DNA from: Lama guanicoe
Lineage: Eukaryota
Length of the DNA: 64,000 nucleotides
Direction of reading: 5' to 3'
NCBI GenBank assembly: GCA_013239625.1
Contig: MU053810.1
Location: 753,320-817,319 of the forward strand
The notes under the pieces: model-generated
What the model was told of the DNA's origin: nothing
What the model saw: only the letters and a program-made list of their open reading frames with translations
The model's database searches: none
Translations under genes and position numbers: made by a program
Shown here: positions 12,660-24,485 of the stretch, one piece after another
Layout of the letters: each line of letters starts with the position of its first letter
Numbering within the stretch: the first letter of the stretch is position 1

Positions 12660-13500
12660 TGTGTTTGGGAAAACCTCCATTCTTTCCCCTTATCTTCCCC
12701 TTTACTCTCACACTGCTTCCACACTCAGCACTTCTGACACAAGATGTTGGGCGGGGGTGGGTTCCCTGACCAAGCAGTTCTCTGTGGCACCAGCTGCGTG
12801 TCCTACAGTTTAACTCAATTCTCACACAGTCCACCTGGAGGTGGTGTCAGATCCCACGGGGTGGGGACTCAGTCCCCTGAGGCCTCCCTCCCCTCTTCAG
12901 ATGCCAATCTCAAGTAGCAGGTCACCAGGTTACCCATAACTTCTGTCTGACTTGGCTACAAATTAGGGGTTCCCATGACCACCCTCCCTTGGATTAGATT
13001 ATTTACTAGAACAGCTCACAGGGAAACACTTTACCAGTTTATTACATGATAAGGGATACAGGTGAACAGTCTGATGAAGAGATACAGAAGGTGAGGTCTG
13101 CGAGGGTCCCCATCACAGGAGCTTCTGTCCCCAGAGAATTGCGGTACATCACTCCCCCAGTCTGTGGTTGTGTTCATCCACTTGGAAGCCCCCCAGCCCC
13201 CCACAATATGGTGTTATGGAGGCTTCTCACGTAGGCATGAACAGTCATTAACTCCATTTCCAGCCCCCTCCCGTCCCTGGAGAATGGGGTGGGGAGTGGG
13301 GCTGAAAATCCAAGCACCTAATCATGGCCTGATCTCTCTGGTGACCAGCCTCATCCAGGAGCCCACAAAGAGTTACCTCATTAGAACAAGAGACATTGCT
13401 TTCACCTAGGAAATTCCAAGGGTTTCAGAAACTCTGTGCCAAGAATTGGGGACAGAAACTAATAATATATAAATATATATATTTCTTCTTATCTCTCCCA
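12660..13500. mobile_element. MER21-like solo LTR
   Basis: cacttctgacac...ccagctgcgtgtcctacagtttaactcaattct...gtcagatcccac...ggggttcccatgacc...ggaaattccaagggtttcag. Confidence 0.75.
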
Positions 13501-13999
13501 AAAGTCCCCAAAGGTCAAGCCAAAGAAATAGGGCTCCCCGTTCTCAGCTGCAGAAGCCTTAGCTCCTACAAACATTTATTAAGTGTGGACTGTCTGTCAG
13601 GCATCAGGCTATTTAGATAGCAGAGTATGTGTAATAGTGTAATATGCTTAGCACTAGTATAATATTAGTACAGCCTGGCATCCTGTGCATGGCATAGCAC
13701 GCATTGTGTGGTCCAGTTTAGTCTAGCATGGCATCACGGGTGTGGTACAGCAGAACCTGTGCCCTGGAGTAGTGTCAGTACCGCAGAGTCCTCTTTTTCT
13801 CTTGTTCTTCCCATGACAGCTTGGCGATTTTCTCTTTCTTTGGCTGCAAACCAGGATCCTGGAACCATCTGGTTGAGGCCAGCGCCCTGAGTGGCAGGGT
13901 GACGTGAGGGGCGAGGGCACGTTCCTGCCTGGTGATGACAGCGCCTTCCCCTTCCCCGGCCCTGCCCGTCCTCCCTTGTCTGGCGTTCCGCCCATGCCC

Positions 14000-14990
14000 T
14001 CGCTCACCTCTCTTGAGCGACGTCCCTGGCTTTGTGAGTTTTGTGTCTTCACCACTAGGATGTAAGCTCCTCAAGAGCAGGGTCTGTGTTGCATTTTGTT
14101 GCTATTCTGCTGTGTCCCCAGTGTTTGCTGAATGACTGCTAGAGCACAAGGCCATATGGGCAGGGACTGCATCCCTCGCTCTGCACCCCATGCTCACAAG
14201 AGGGTTCATATCAGTGACTGTGGAGATCGCCAGCCCCTCACATGTACCCTCCCCTCCCAACTGCTTTAGTCTCGACTTGCTTCTGGGTCTTTGCTCAGGC
14301 TGTGCCCTCTGCCTAGGACACTATCACCTGTAGCCCCACCAGCTCCTGCTTCCCTTCAAGTCTCAGACTGGCCACCTGCCCTGACCATTGCCCCCTCCCC
14401 TGACCCTGGCCCCCGTATTTCTACTTTACAGTACCACTTTCTGGTAATTACCTTGTTTGTTTGTCTGTCTTCTCCCTGGACCGCTAGCTTGGGAGGATGG
14501 GACTGTGTGTGCCCTGCTCACTGCTGTCTCCCCGGCCCCCGGGCCAGCACGTAGTACTTGCTCAAATACTTGTAGGACGATTCAATGGATGGTGACCACG
14601 GCCAACATGTGACCTTGATCCACTCAAGGGAGACCCGGAAGCCACGTGGTGGGGATGCAGGAAGTGCGGCCCAGCCCCTCATCTCGCTGAGGGTTCCTAA
14701 CCATCCTCTCCCCTGTAGCCGCCATGGGCAGGACCAGGACACTGGCCCATGTCTGCTATTCTTTCTCTCTCCTCTGTCTCTGTCTCTCTCTCCCTCAGAT
14801 AGGATTATCTGCTTTCTAAGATTTAAAAATAACAGACGCACTGGAAGACTTCAGATCTACTCTTGTCTTGCGATGTTCACACACCTAGTCAATGGAAGAG
14901 CACCTACTATGTGCCAGATGCCACACTAGGCACTGGGGGTGTGAAGGAAAGTAGGACCTGGTCCTTCCCCTCCAGGATATCACAGTCCAG
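14000..14990. mobile_element. Several L2 3'-end fragments
   Basis: actaggatgtaagctcctcaagagcaggg; ccagcacgtagtacttgctcaaatacttg; gagcacctactatgtgccagatg. Confidence 0.6.
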
Positions 14991-15059
14991 CTCCTATTCT
15001 GTCTCAGCTCACTTCCCCAATGTGTGCACCTTAAGAGATGGGGCCTGTTGTCTGTTCAC

Positions 15060-15215
15060 TAGCCCAGTGCATCCAAATCACATGGCAGGCTTGTGAAAAT
15101 CAGATTCCTGGGCCCCCCCTCCAGAATTCAGTAGATCTGAGATGACTCTGCTAATCTGCCTTTCCTGACTGTGTTGATTCTGTTGGTCAGGGGACCACAT
15201 CTTGAGAACCACTGC
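15060..15215. mobile_element. MER5A-like hAT-Charlie element
   Basis: cagattcctgggccccc...tcagtagatctg...ttgagaaccactg. Confidence 0.7.
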
Positions 15216-16369
15216 CCTCGACTATACTGCCTGTCCAGTTTTTGGACATTTTGCACACCCAGTATCTCATTTAGTCTTTCAGAATCTCCCACCTGAGTAC
15301 CTTAAGCATGTACAACTGGTGAGCACTGAAGTCGAAACTTAAGCCCAAGTCTCCCTATGGAATGCTGCCATCTCTTAGAGGTACCAGGTTCATCTGAAAA
15401 TCCCCACTCCCTTAGGAGTGCCGAGAAGGTGGAGATGTGTCTGGTTGGAGGAAGTGGGGGTTGAGTTCCAGAGGAAGGCTTCAGAAGGACATTTCTTGGA
15501 GGGAGGGAGAGAGGGAGGGCCTATCATTCTGTTCTGGAAGGGGACTGGCCCAGGGCTGTATGTTCTGAGGAATAGCTGCTTGGAGGAGGAGCTGCTGGAC
15601 CCAGCCTCCTGGGACGTGGAGGAGGGTGAGGTGATGCTGCAGAGGAAGGGGCCATCCTGGGGGCCTCTTGACCTGCGGCAAGTTTAATTGGGACCTGCGT
15701 CAGTCCACCTGCTTTGTGGAGGCCACTCTGGAGGCTCCGGCTGGCAAGGCCACCTCCCTCCTCGGGCACTGGCCAGGGGCTGGCTGGGAGTGTGCTGTGC
15801 AGGATGGAAACTCTAAGGGCCCAGCCCAGCCAGCCCAGCCAGCCCAGCAGCTCAAAGTAAGCACTTCCTTCTGGGCAGGCTCACGGCAGCCAAGGGGCTC
15901 TGGCTGCACAGTCCCCCAGTGTTCCCTGGAGCCTTGTGGGCGCTGGGCTGGGCACGTCCTCATCTGGGAGGAGGCCCCCGGAGGCGGTGGGGAGCCCAGC
16001 TCAGAGAAGAGCTTAGCGGGGAGAGGAAAGAAGACGTGGAAAAGTGTGAGCTTGGATGGGGAGCCCTCCGATGTGTGTCTAAGCAGGAAGCCAGACCTGC
16101 CCGGCCCTGGAGAAGGAAAATAAACTCTGAAGACCTATTTTTAGAAAGTGGCAAAACCCTATTTCTCAGTAGGCAGTGGAATTTAAAACTAAAACTCCCT
16201 TCTTTGCTGAAGTGACCACTGGACTGCATGTAGGGATGCGACCGCGGTGAGCGGTGGAGTCTGAACCAGGCTGTGAGGCTGGTGGCTGCTCACCTTCCAT
16301 GCTGCTGGGTTTGATCAGAGCCATTCTGGAAGACTCTACAGGAAGTCTGGCCTTTGTGGTGGTGTTTTT

Positions 16370-16423
16370 GATGGTGATGATGGTGATGATGGTGATGATG
16401 GTTATGATGGTGATGATGGTGGT
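16370..16423. repeat. (GATGATGGT)n simple repeat adjoining a MIR
   Basis: About six 9-mer units read directly. Confidence 0.9.
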
Positions 16424-16424
16424 G

Positions 16425-16572
16425 TGTGCCAAGCATACACTTGACGTGTGTGGTACATAACACATGTGGTCTCATTCAGTCCTCACAACAACCCGATGAG
16501 GTGATTGATTATGGTTCACCTCCATTTTCTCAGATGAGGAAAGTTAGGCTCAGAGAGGTTAAGTCACACAGC
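16425..16572. mobile_element. MIR SINE
   Basis: cctcacaacaacccgatgagg...ccattttctcagatgaggaaagttaggctcagagaggttaagtcac. Confidence 0.8.
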
Positions 16573-19500
16573 AAATATAATGCTGGGTCAGTTCACTGTA
16601 ATGACAAAGCCTGCCCTATAAGAACCCGTCGTGCAATCTCAGAATTGGAAATGGTGACGTGCAGTTCCTGTCCGTTTCCTCTGCAGAGCAACTTGTCTGT
16701 TATCCGTATAGCTCCACAGAGCTGGGCGCTCACACTCCTGTGAACCACTCTCCCGTGTCCAGTCAGCTCTCACTGCTGTAAATTCCTTGTGTTAAGTCGA
16801 GTGTCTCGTGGTGTGATCTCTCTGAGGCTGCACAGAACTGTCTACCGTGAGAGCCTCTCAGCCCCTGGAAGCGGCTCTCATAGCCTCTCTGGTCTCTTCT
16901 GTTTGCTTGTTCAACACTCTGAGTCCTGTCAGCCTTCTCTGCCCCTGATAAAGCATGGCCGGAGTCAGCGTGGAACCTGAATGGTACACTTAGAGCAAAA
17001 TATACCTTTGAAGGTGGATCTGATTTCTAGAAATAGAAAAATGCTCTTTTGGAATCAAGGCTGTATGAGGTGGATAATTGACATGAGAGAAAAATTTGAT
17101 TTAAGAGATCAAATTGAGCGATTTAAAAATCTGGCCCAAACCATCACTGAAAGTTGTTATTTCTGGCAGAAATACACAAAAACATAATTTAATCAATAGT
17201 GACATTATTGGACAAAGCGTAGACCCTCCCAAGGCAAGAAGACGCTCAGTGCTCTGAGAGCGAGCACATCCCAGTAAAATGTAGACAAAAACGTCGACAG
17301 TGCCACCTACAAATATGGGCAGAAGTGTATGATTTAAGACACAATTGGAGAGGGACCACCAGTTCGCACTGCAGGTACGTCCTGACGGAAACGTGACTTG
17401 AAATTTACAGTGGTGAAATTTGCAGTTCCCAACGCCATCCCCAGGCTTCCCCACTCTGGGCCAGGTGGCCCCTGGCCAGGGCGAGGCTGAGGCCGGGCGT
17501 GGGCAGCTGTTCCGCCTCGCCCTGCCCAGAGCTCTCCAGCCCCATGGAGCCAGGTCCTGGACTTCCCACCAAAGCCTGGTTGCCTTTCCAGTAATAACCA
17601 CAACTTCAAAGGGCTGCCAGGGAGCAGATTGGGCAGATTCCCCAGTGAGCTCATTCAGTTGTGTGCGTGGGAGTCCTGCGCAGGAGTGCTGGAAGCCACC
17701 ACTGGCAACTCGGGGCTCCAGAACCAAGTCCCGAGGGAGGGAGGAGGAGGAGGAGGGATACAGCCCGAGGACCTGCGTTGACCCGGAGCCCCCAAGGCAG
17801 AGGTCACCCGCAGAGAGTCGAGGCACCCCAGCCCAGCTGGCAGGGAGGTGGGTGGCTGGGGGATGCCGCCGCCTCACTTTCAAGTCCTTCCCAGCCCATG
17901 GCACTCTCTTTCCACCAAGCCTGACTTCATCCCTCTCTCCTCTTACCCCTAAAGACAGGCCTGGCCCCTATCAGCTGAAGCGTAACCACAGTACAAATCA
18001 GGGGTGAGATCCCCCGAGGGCAGAGCACGTGAGGCAGTGCCGGGGGTGGCAGAGAAGCTCTGCAGGGGAGAAGCAGGGCGGCCTCCGGGAGAAGGCAGGG
18101 TGGAGGGTGGCAGCATCAGCCCAGCACAGCCTGGGTGGCTTCACGGAAGGTGCAGGAAGCAGGGGGTTTACAGCTGGCACCAGCAGGGTGAGCACCCAGG
18201 GTCCCCAAGAGGCCCTTGTGAAGGGGAGAGGAGCCTGCGTTTTCCCATCCATAAGAAGCACGCGGTCACAGGACCTGAGTGACGACGTTTAGCACCGCCT
18301 GCCGTGTGTCATAGCACCACTAGGTTCACCTCCTGAGCTTTGCCAGTGAAGAAGACAAGCTTCAGGTGACCCTTTCACGTTAGAAACATTTTCATTCAGG
18401 TCATTTGGCCTCGAAGATGGGACTGACAAAACAAAGAGCTCTACGGAGCTTCACAGACACACGGACTAGGAATTGGGACGAGCCCGGTCGTGTGTAACCC
18501 GAGCTCCGAGTCTGGAAACCGAGCCTCTAGAGGGCAAGGCACCTTGGCCACCACGTGTGGAATGGCCCTACCTGCCCTTTCCTACTCTTTAAAATTGTCT
18601 TCACCAGACAGAAGTTATTGCCCCCAAATTGAGAATGCTTAGACACTGCACAGATGGTCAAATAGGATAAATCCCATCTTCTTGTGTGCAAGAGGAAACT
18701 GCAGTACAACAGAGCTAGTTAGAAGCTGAAGAGAACTTTGAGGCACAGCCATCGCAGGGACCCGTCAGAGATGTGAGTTCCAGGAGGAGTTACATAATTT
18801 CTTTAAAGGCCACAGAGACCTGAATGCATCTTTAGTAACAAGGGCAAGCCTCTTCTGCGTGTCCCAGTACTCACAGGGTGTCTAACCACATAAAAGCGTC
18901 AGAGGACGCTGAGGGCAGACGCCGGCCAGGCCCCTAAGAGCCAGCGGGCACCCATGTGCGTGCGCAGAGCTTCCGGCTCCCTGACCTGCCGAGGGCCTGC
19001 TGACTCAGCCCCGCCCCTTAAAGGTATTTCCAGAACTTAGGTTACTACTACCCTTGGCAGCTCTGCTTTACACACAGATACTCAGCCGTTGGAGTTTATG
19101 AAGTGACCTGTTTATCAATGACTAAGTTCCATTAACCTCAGCTTCCAAATGGGAAGTCTTACCCCTGGCCCAGTCAGACCGTCACATCTGCCGCCCGCTT
19201 TGGGGGGTGGGCAGGGGGAGGTGGGGTGGGGGCCTTCCTGGAATCCTGAATGGAAGCCACCACGCTAGGGCTTTCTGCGCACAGAAAGTAAGCCTGGGGC
19301 CTCCACAAAACTAGGATGGGTTTTCGAAATGCTTCCTGAGCCTCGGGAGTCCTGCCCTGCTGGGGAAATAGCTGGGTTCAGGGATCCTGAAGAAGTAGTG
19401 AGGATCAGGAGAGACACCCCTGGCAGACAGATTGAGGGGGTTGCCAAGGAATCAGGAGGCAAAAAGCATTTCTGCAGAGAGCACCCCCAGCTCCTTAGGG

Positions 19501-21577
19501 CGACTTACGGTTCTCCCTGCCTGGGTCAGAGAATACTGGGTTGGTCTGTCGTTCAGACTTTCCAGCTCATTTCTGCCGATCACCGTGTTCCCCTCTTGTA
19601 ACTTGTTGGACAGAAAGAAAGTTCATGCAGTTGAGATGATAAGAAGCAAGCTTGAAGTTCATCATTAAGAGTCAGGTTTGTACCTGGCAGGGCAGCCTCA
19701 CCTGGCTCCTGGGGGTCGTCAGTGTCCCCGAGAGAAGGACAGTATCCAGGAGGGAGAGTGACCGTGGTGACTGGGAATTCCTGAAGTCTTAGGGGCTTGG
19801 ATTGTGTAGGAAAGAGTTGTTGCTGTTGTTTTCGAGGCAATAGACATCTCTGAAGAAACGCAACCATCACACACAAAGGCAGATGGTTTTTATGCTAAAA
19901 AGAGTGGGATGGGAAGTGCCCTTCGGTCACCGTCCTGTTGCCCAGCCTTGTGCAGACAGATGGATTTGTTCCCCAGCAGCATGTTTGCTCTTAGAGAAGC
20001 GGGTGCTTCTGGTGGGGGTGCGGGGGGGGTGGGGGTGGGCGGCAGGACAGGAGAGGGCTGTGGTCAGCGAGCAGGAGGCGGAGGGGGCGCTTTCCCAGGC
20101 CGAGGGCTGCGGGCAGCCCTGCCTTCTCTTTTCTCAGGTATCTGAAAGCGGGGCTTGTCCAGCGAGTAGATTAGTGAAGGATATGGGAACTTGTTCCCCA
20201 TACTTTGAAGCAGGGAAAAAGAGCCTTGTTGTGAAGAGAAGAAACAAAACCTGTTTGGTGACTTGTCACTTCAATGAAAACACAACCCTTTCACAGGTGA
20301 GCATTCCCCACACCCTCCCCGTCCTCCTGGCCCGATCACAGGTTGGGAAGGAAGCCCCGAAACCAGCTCTGCCCCTTCAGGGAGCTCAGAGATTTGGTGA
20401 CAGACCTTGCAGGAAGTTTCTTGATAAGAGTAAATTATTTTCATGTTTATCTCACTTCTCTCCCTTCATTCCGCTTGAATAAACATAAAGAACTGATTTC
20501 TTAGATCACCTGCATCAAAAACACCACTACCAAATCCTCTGCAAGGTAAAATTCCTCGTAATCAGGGAATTCGGTAGGAATTCAGTAAAGAGAAGACGTT
20601 TCTGATTTTTTTTTTTAACAAATAAAAAATTCACTCCCAAGGGACCTGACATCAGCACGATGAAGCTCTTCATGAAAGCTCGTTTCGGGTGGGGAGCCTC
20701 CGCTGGGAGTTAACCCATCAGGAACTTCGAGTAAAGAATCGCACGCTGTCCAAGTCAGGAAGGCAGCCTGTGCGGCGGAAGGCAGGCAGAGAGCGTGGGC
20801 ACAGCTCAGGCTGAGCCCTCGGCGTCTTGAGAGACTCAGTGACATGGGAGGGACACCGCCACCTCTGCCTTTTCTCCCCCACAAGCCTTATGTCCCTGGG
20901 GAGAGGAAAGCAAAGCTCAACATTTCCACCAATTTTATGAAGATAAGTCTGGGCACTCAGCAAATATCAGAGGAGGATGGGGAGGAGAGGCCTGGAGCAG
21001 ACACTGTTACCCTGGAACATTCAAGGCATTACCCACCGTCTGCAGACTCTGATCTGGCCATTTGAACATTTGCTTTGCCTAAAAACAAAGGAGATTTTTT
21101 TTCTCCTTATTTTAAGTATTAATACAAAGGAGTTTCAGAAAAATGGGGACTGATTTACAATCATCACTTGAAAAAAACCCTGAGTATTCAAGATTCAGCT
21201 TTCCTTTTCATCACAAGTTTGCTTTGAAGTATGGTCCTTAAAATTGCCTTGAAGGTAACTCTTGAAGAATGTCCCATCCTGTAGTTATGGCAAGGAAACA
21301 AATGCCTCTCGAAAACTAGTTGTTTTTGTTAAGGCGATACATATGCATCCAGGTTAGCTCATTAGTAGCTATAATTTGAACCCTGTACAAAACATATGGC
21401 TTTAATTATTAGGGTTTGGGGCACAAGAAACCAGAGTAACAGTCAGTATAATTATGAATAAAGAGGGAGAAGAAATTATGAATAAATAGAAGGAAAGGAC
21501 ATACCATTTAATAGAAAATAACTGAGAATAAGCATAAAATGCAAAAACAAAGTTTACAGTTAAAACAGATCTCTAAA

Positions 21578-21583
21578 TTTATT
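21578..21583 (-). terminator. Distal polyadenylation signal AATAAA
   Basis: TTTATT on the + strand, followed in the sense direction by U-rich ctttgtttttgcattttatg. Confidence 0.5.
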
Positions 21584-23090
21584 TTTCAAAAATGTCATGT
21601 ATGGGAACAAACATAGTAACATATAGTCAAGTTCACCTTAATCACAATGAAGTCAGAGGGTAAGGCAGAAGGAAACAATCCTCAAATACGAGGGATGTTT
21701 AAAACGATAGCCATATCAAGACCCTCTATTTTTAAACACCGTAACATGGCATCTCGCTCTGTAAAAAGGAATTTCACAGCCCCCAGGAATCCTTTAAACA
21801 AATCCAACATAAACAGGAATCAAATAAAAACTATTTTTAAAATAAAAAAATCAAATGTAAAATCAAAGCACCTATTTAAATTAAGACCATCAAGAATCTA
21901 TGAGATTATTTCAGGAGGACAAGGACTGGGCAAGACCCTAAATACTGTTGTTCTAACGAGAACATTACAATCATTTTATGGAACTTACAAGGCAAACTGA
22001 ATACTATGAAAGTTGTTCTTCACAGCACGTTTAGAAGGTTGAGTTTAAATGATACTCAACAGGAAAAAAAAACAGATTCGGTGACAGTGCCTGAGACACA
22101 CAACAGAAGGGCGTGACTTTCAATCGTGGCCCTTCCCAGGTCTAGTTTTAGGGGTTTAGGACTCCAGCCTGAAATAGTTTGGATAATACTGCTCACGGCT
22201 ACACCTGCGCATGCAGGACATTGTCTGGGAGAAGACCAGTTCCTTTTGTGCTGTGTAACCTATTTGCTGTTTTTTTCCCTTTTAACTTAATCCTGAGGTC
22301 CTGCCCACGGAACACGGGGGACGTTAAGGCTCTTTCGTCTCCTTCTGTTTACCAACCACCTCGGAACATGCAAAACTAAAATTAGGTGATAAATTAAAAT
22401 TAGGTTAAAATCAGGTGACAAATGAAATCCTTAAACGTGTACCTCACTAAGAAAGGAACTTCCCCTTGCTTCTTTGGAAGCTTCTTTGGCCTATTTAACT
22501 GGGAACAAGACACATTGTTGAGGAAAAAGCACTTTGGTTCACCGGAACGTTATGGAAATGTGTCCTTAAAAGACTTCCTTATTTGGAAGTAACAATTTCT
22601 GTGTCGTCATCTCGACGCTGAGATGGCATGTCCATCAGAAGACTAAGAAGTGCTTGCATCCTGTAGTTATGTAATAGGATTTTAAGAAGTTTATAGACAT
22701 GTAATAATGTGTGTGCATCACACCACCTGTATCTGTATGATAACATATATGTATCTATGAACACATATCATATACATGTATATACACCACGCCCGCCCAT
22801 ACACGTAGCTCCCAGTAACACAGACCTTGTAGTCTGAGACTTACTTTCTTAAAACTACCACCTTTTCCAAACTCAACTTTTCTATTCCACTCCCATAACT
22901 CAAAATTACAGTAAATCATACTCCAAAGGTTTACATTTTCAATTAAAAAAAAGACAACTGGGCAAACCAAATTATATGAAGAAACAAAGGCATATCTCAG
23001 CCTAACATACAATCTTTCACCCTTCAAACACAAACCAAAAAACCAAAAAAGTATTTTAAGACACTGTGAAAACTGAACAAGCATTTCTTC

Positions 23091-23096
23091 TTTATT
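23091..23096 (-). terminator. Proximal polyadenylation signal AATAAA
   Basis: TTTATT on the + strand, followed in the sense direction by a U/GU-rich tract (ttttttggttttttggtttgtgtttg). Confidence 0.55.
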
Positions 23097-23514
23097 TTTC
23101 TTGGAGAGGAGCAGAGGCTCCCTTTTTCAGAGAATCGAGTGTAAGAGATCTAAACTGCTGTTCCTGTCATGCACTCGGGATAAAAGGTTAAAGACTCAGC
23201 AACAAAAAAGTCAGACCCAGGCCCCCTCCCCATGGAGATCTAAGAACCATGGCATTCACCAATCACAGAAACCGACAGGTTTTCAAGGTTATTCTCCGAA
23301 CTTTTGGAAAAGGAAGACAAGTTATGGTGCGGAACCCTCCGGTACAGAGGGATGCCCCAGCCCAGATGCGGAAGGGAGCCGGGCAGCCGGGCTACAGCAT
23401 CTCCAGCCCTCCACCCGGTCCCGCAGTCAGGGCTTTGCGGCTGCACTGCACGCAAGTGCACATCCATTGTTGGCCCAACGGACCTGGCCACCCTGCCCCC
23501 TTGCTCACTCTCCA

Positions 23515-24485
23515 TCACAAGTTCTCCTTCAGGAGGCCGAGCTTCCGCAGGGCCTCCCGACGAGCCTCCTCTGTGGAGCCCCGGCCCGAGAACTGAACAG
23601 TGATGCCCTGGGGTCTGAACCCCACAGCCCTGGGAAGCGAGCCCGACCGCTTCCTCGCATCCTGGCTGCAGTCTGGCTGCCGGGGCGCAAGTTTGCTGGG
23701 GAGAGCCGGGTCCGGACGGAAGGTGACTGTCTTCCCCGTGGAGACAAAGGGACTGGGCTGGCTCTTGAGGACCTCGTGGATGCTCTGGAAGCCGTTGGCC
23801 AGCGGCAGGGACTGTTCTGTCTGCACGCCTCTGGACTGCTGGCCGCCGTGGGCCCCGCTCCGTGTGGGGACGGCTTCCTGGATGGGGCCTGCCTGGCTCT
23901 GCTCTGGAGAGATGCTCCTCTGCTCGACGAGGTCGCCCCTCTGGGCCCGGTCCTCCATCTCCCCCGTGGAGAGGAAAGAGGCCCCATTGATGTTGGCCAG
24001 GACCTGGGCTTTGCGCTCCTGCACGTTGACCGCAGCCTTGGAGATGGTCTTATTGAAGTCCTTCCCGGCGCTGTTGGTCACACTGATGTTGCTCGGGAAG
24101 CGGTGGATCTTGGGCGCCGTCTGGGCCGCGTGTCTGTGCCACAGGGAGTGGTCTCCGTGCCGAGGGGCTGCGGAAGTCAGCGTCCTCCATTCCCCGGGCC
24201 TGCTCTCCCTGGAGGGGGATGTGGGTGAAAGCGCCTCGTTTCCTGCCGACTTCTCAGACATCTTCTGGGCGATGACAAGCGGAGTGGGGACCGAGCGGGG
24301 AAGTTTTGGGTGCTCTGCTGGAGGAGCCGGCTCTCTCCTGGGGTGGGCTGGGGCTGCGGGGACAGGCGGGGAGGGTGGCAGGGGGAAGGCCTCGGGACCT
24401 GGGGGGTCTGGCAGGGGAGACTTCTCAGCATCCTGTTCCCTGCATCCAAGGGCAGGGATGTCTTCCTTTCCAACAGGGCCAGCCC
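23515..24485 (-). CDS. PROSER2: PROSER2 last coding exon, 971 nt including TGA; Pro-rich region ending GITVQFSGRGSTEEARREALRKLGLLKENL
   Basis: Part of ORF 23515..24540. Acceptor ctccttttCAG|GG completes the phase-1 Gly codon. Motifs RSVPTPLVIAQK, RFPSNI, AAVNVQERKAQVLA, LANGF and RREALRKLGLL match recalled PROSER2. Total CDS 138+253+971=1362 nt. Confidence 0.95.

Larger units (their letters stand above)
21560..23514 (-). other. PROSER2: PROSER2 3' UTR (extent inferred from the distal poly(A) signal)
   Basis: Follows the stop codon; AT-rich and apparently repeat-free. AATAAA on the minus strand at 23096-23091 and 21583-21578. Confidence 0.55.

Noticed and set aside
16166..16475. Poly-His, (ITI)n and (VMM)n ORFs
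   Set aside because: Translations of a (GATGATGGT)n microsatellite next to a MIR.
17101..18007. 267-aa and 195-aa ORFs (also 219 aa at 8715 and 199 aa at 19883)
   Set aside because: GC-rich intergenic DNA with no recognisable homology or coherent exon structure.
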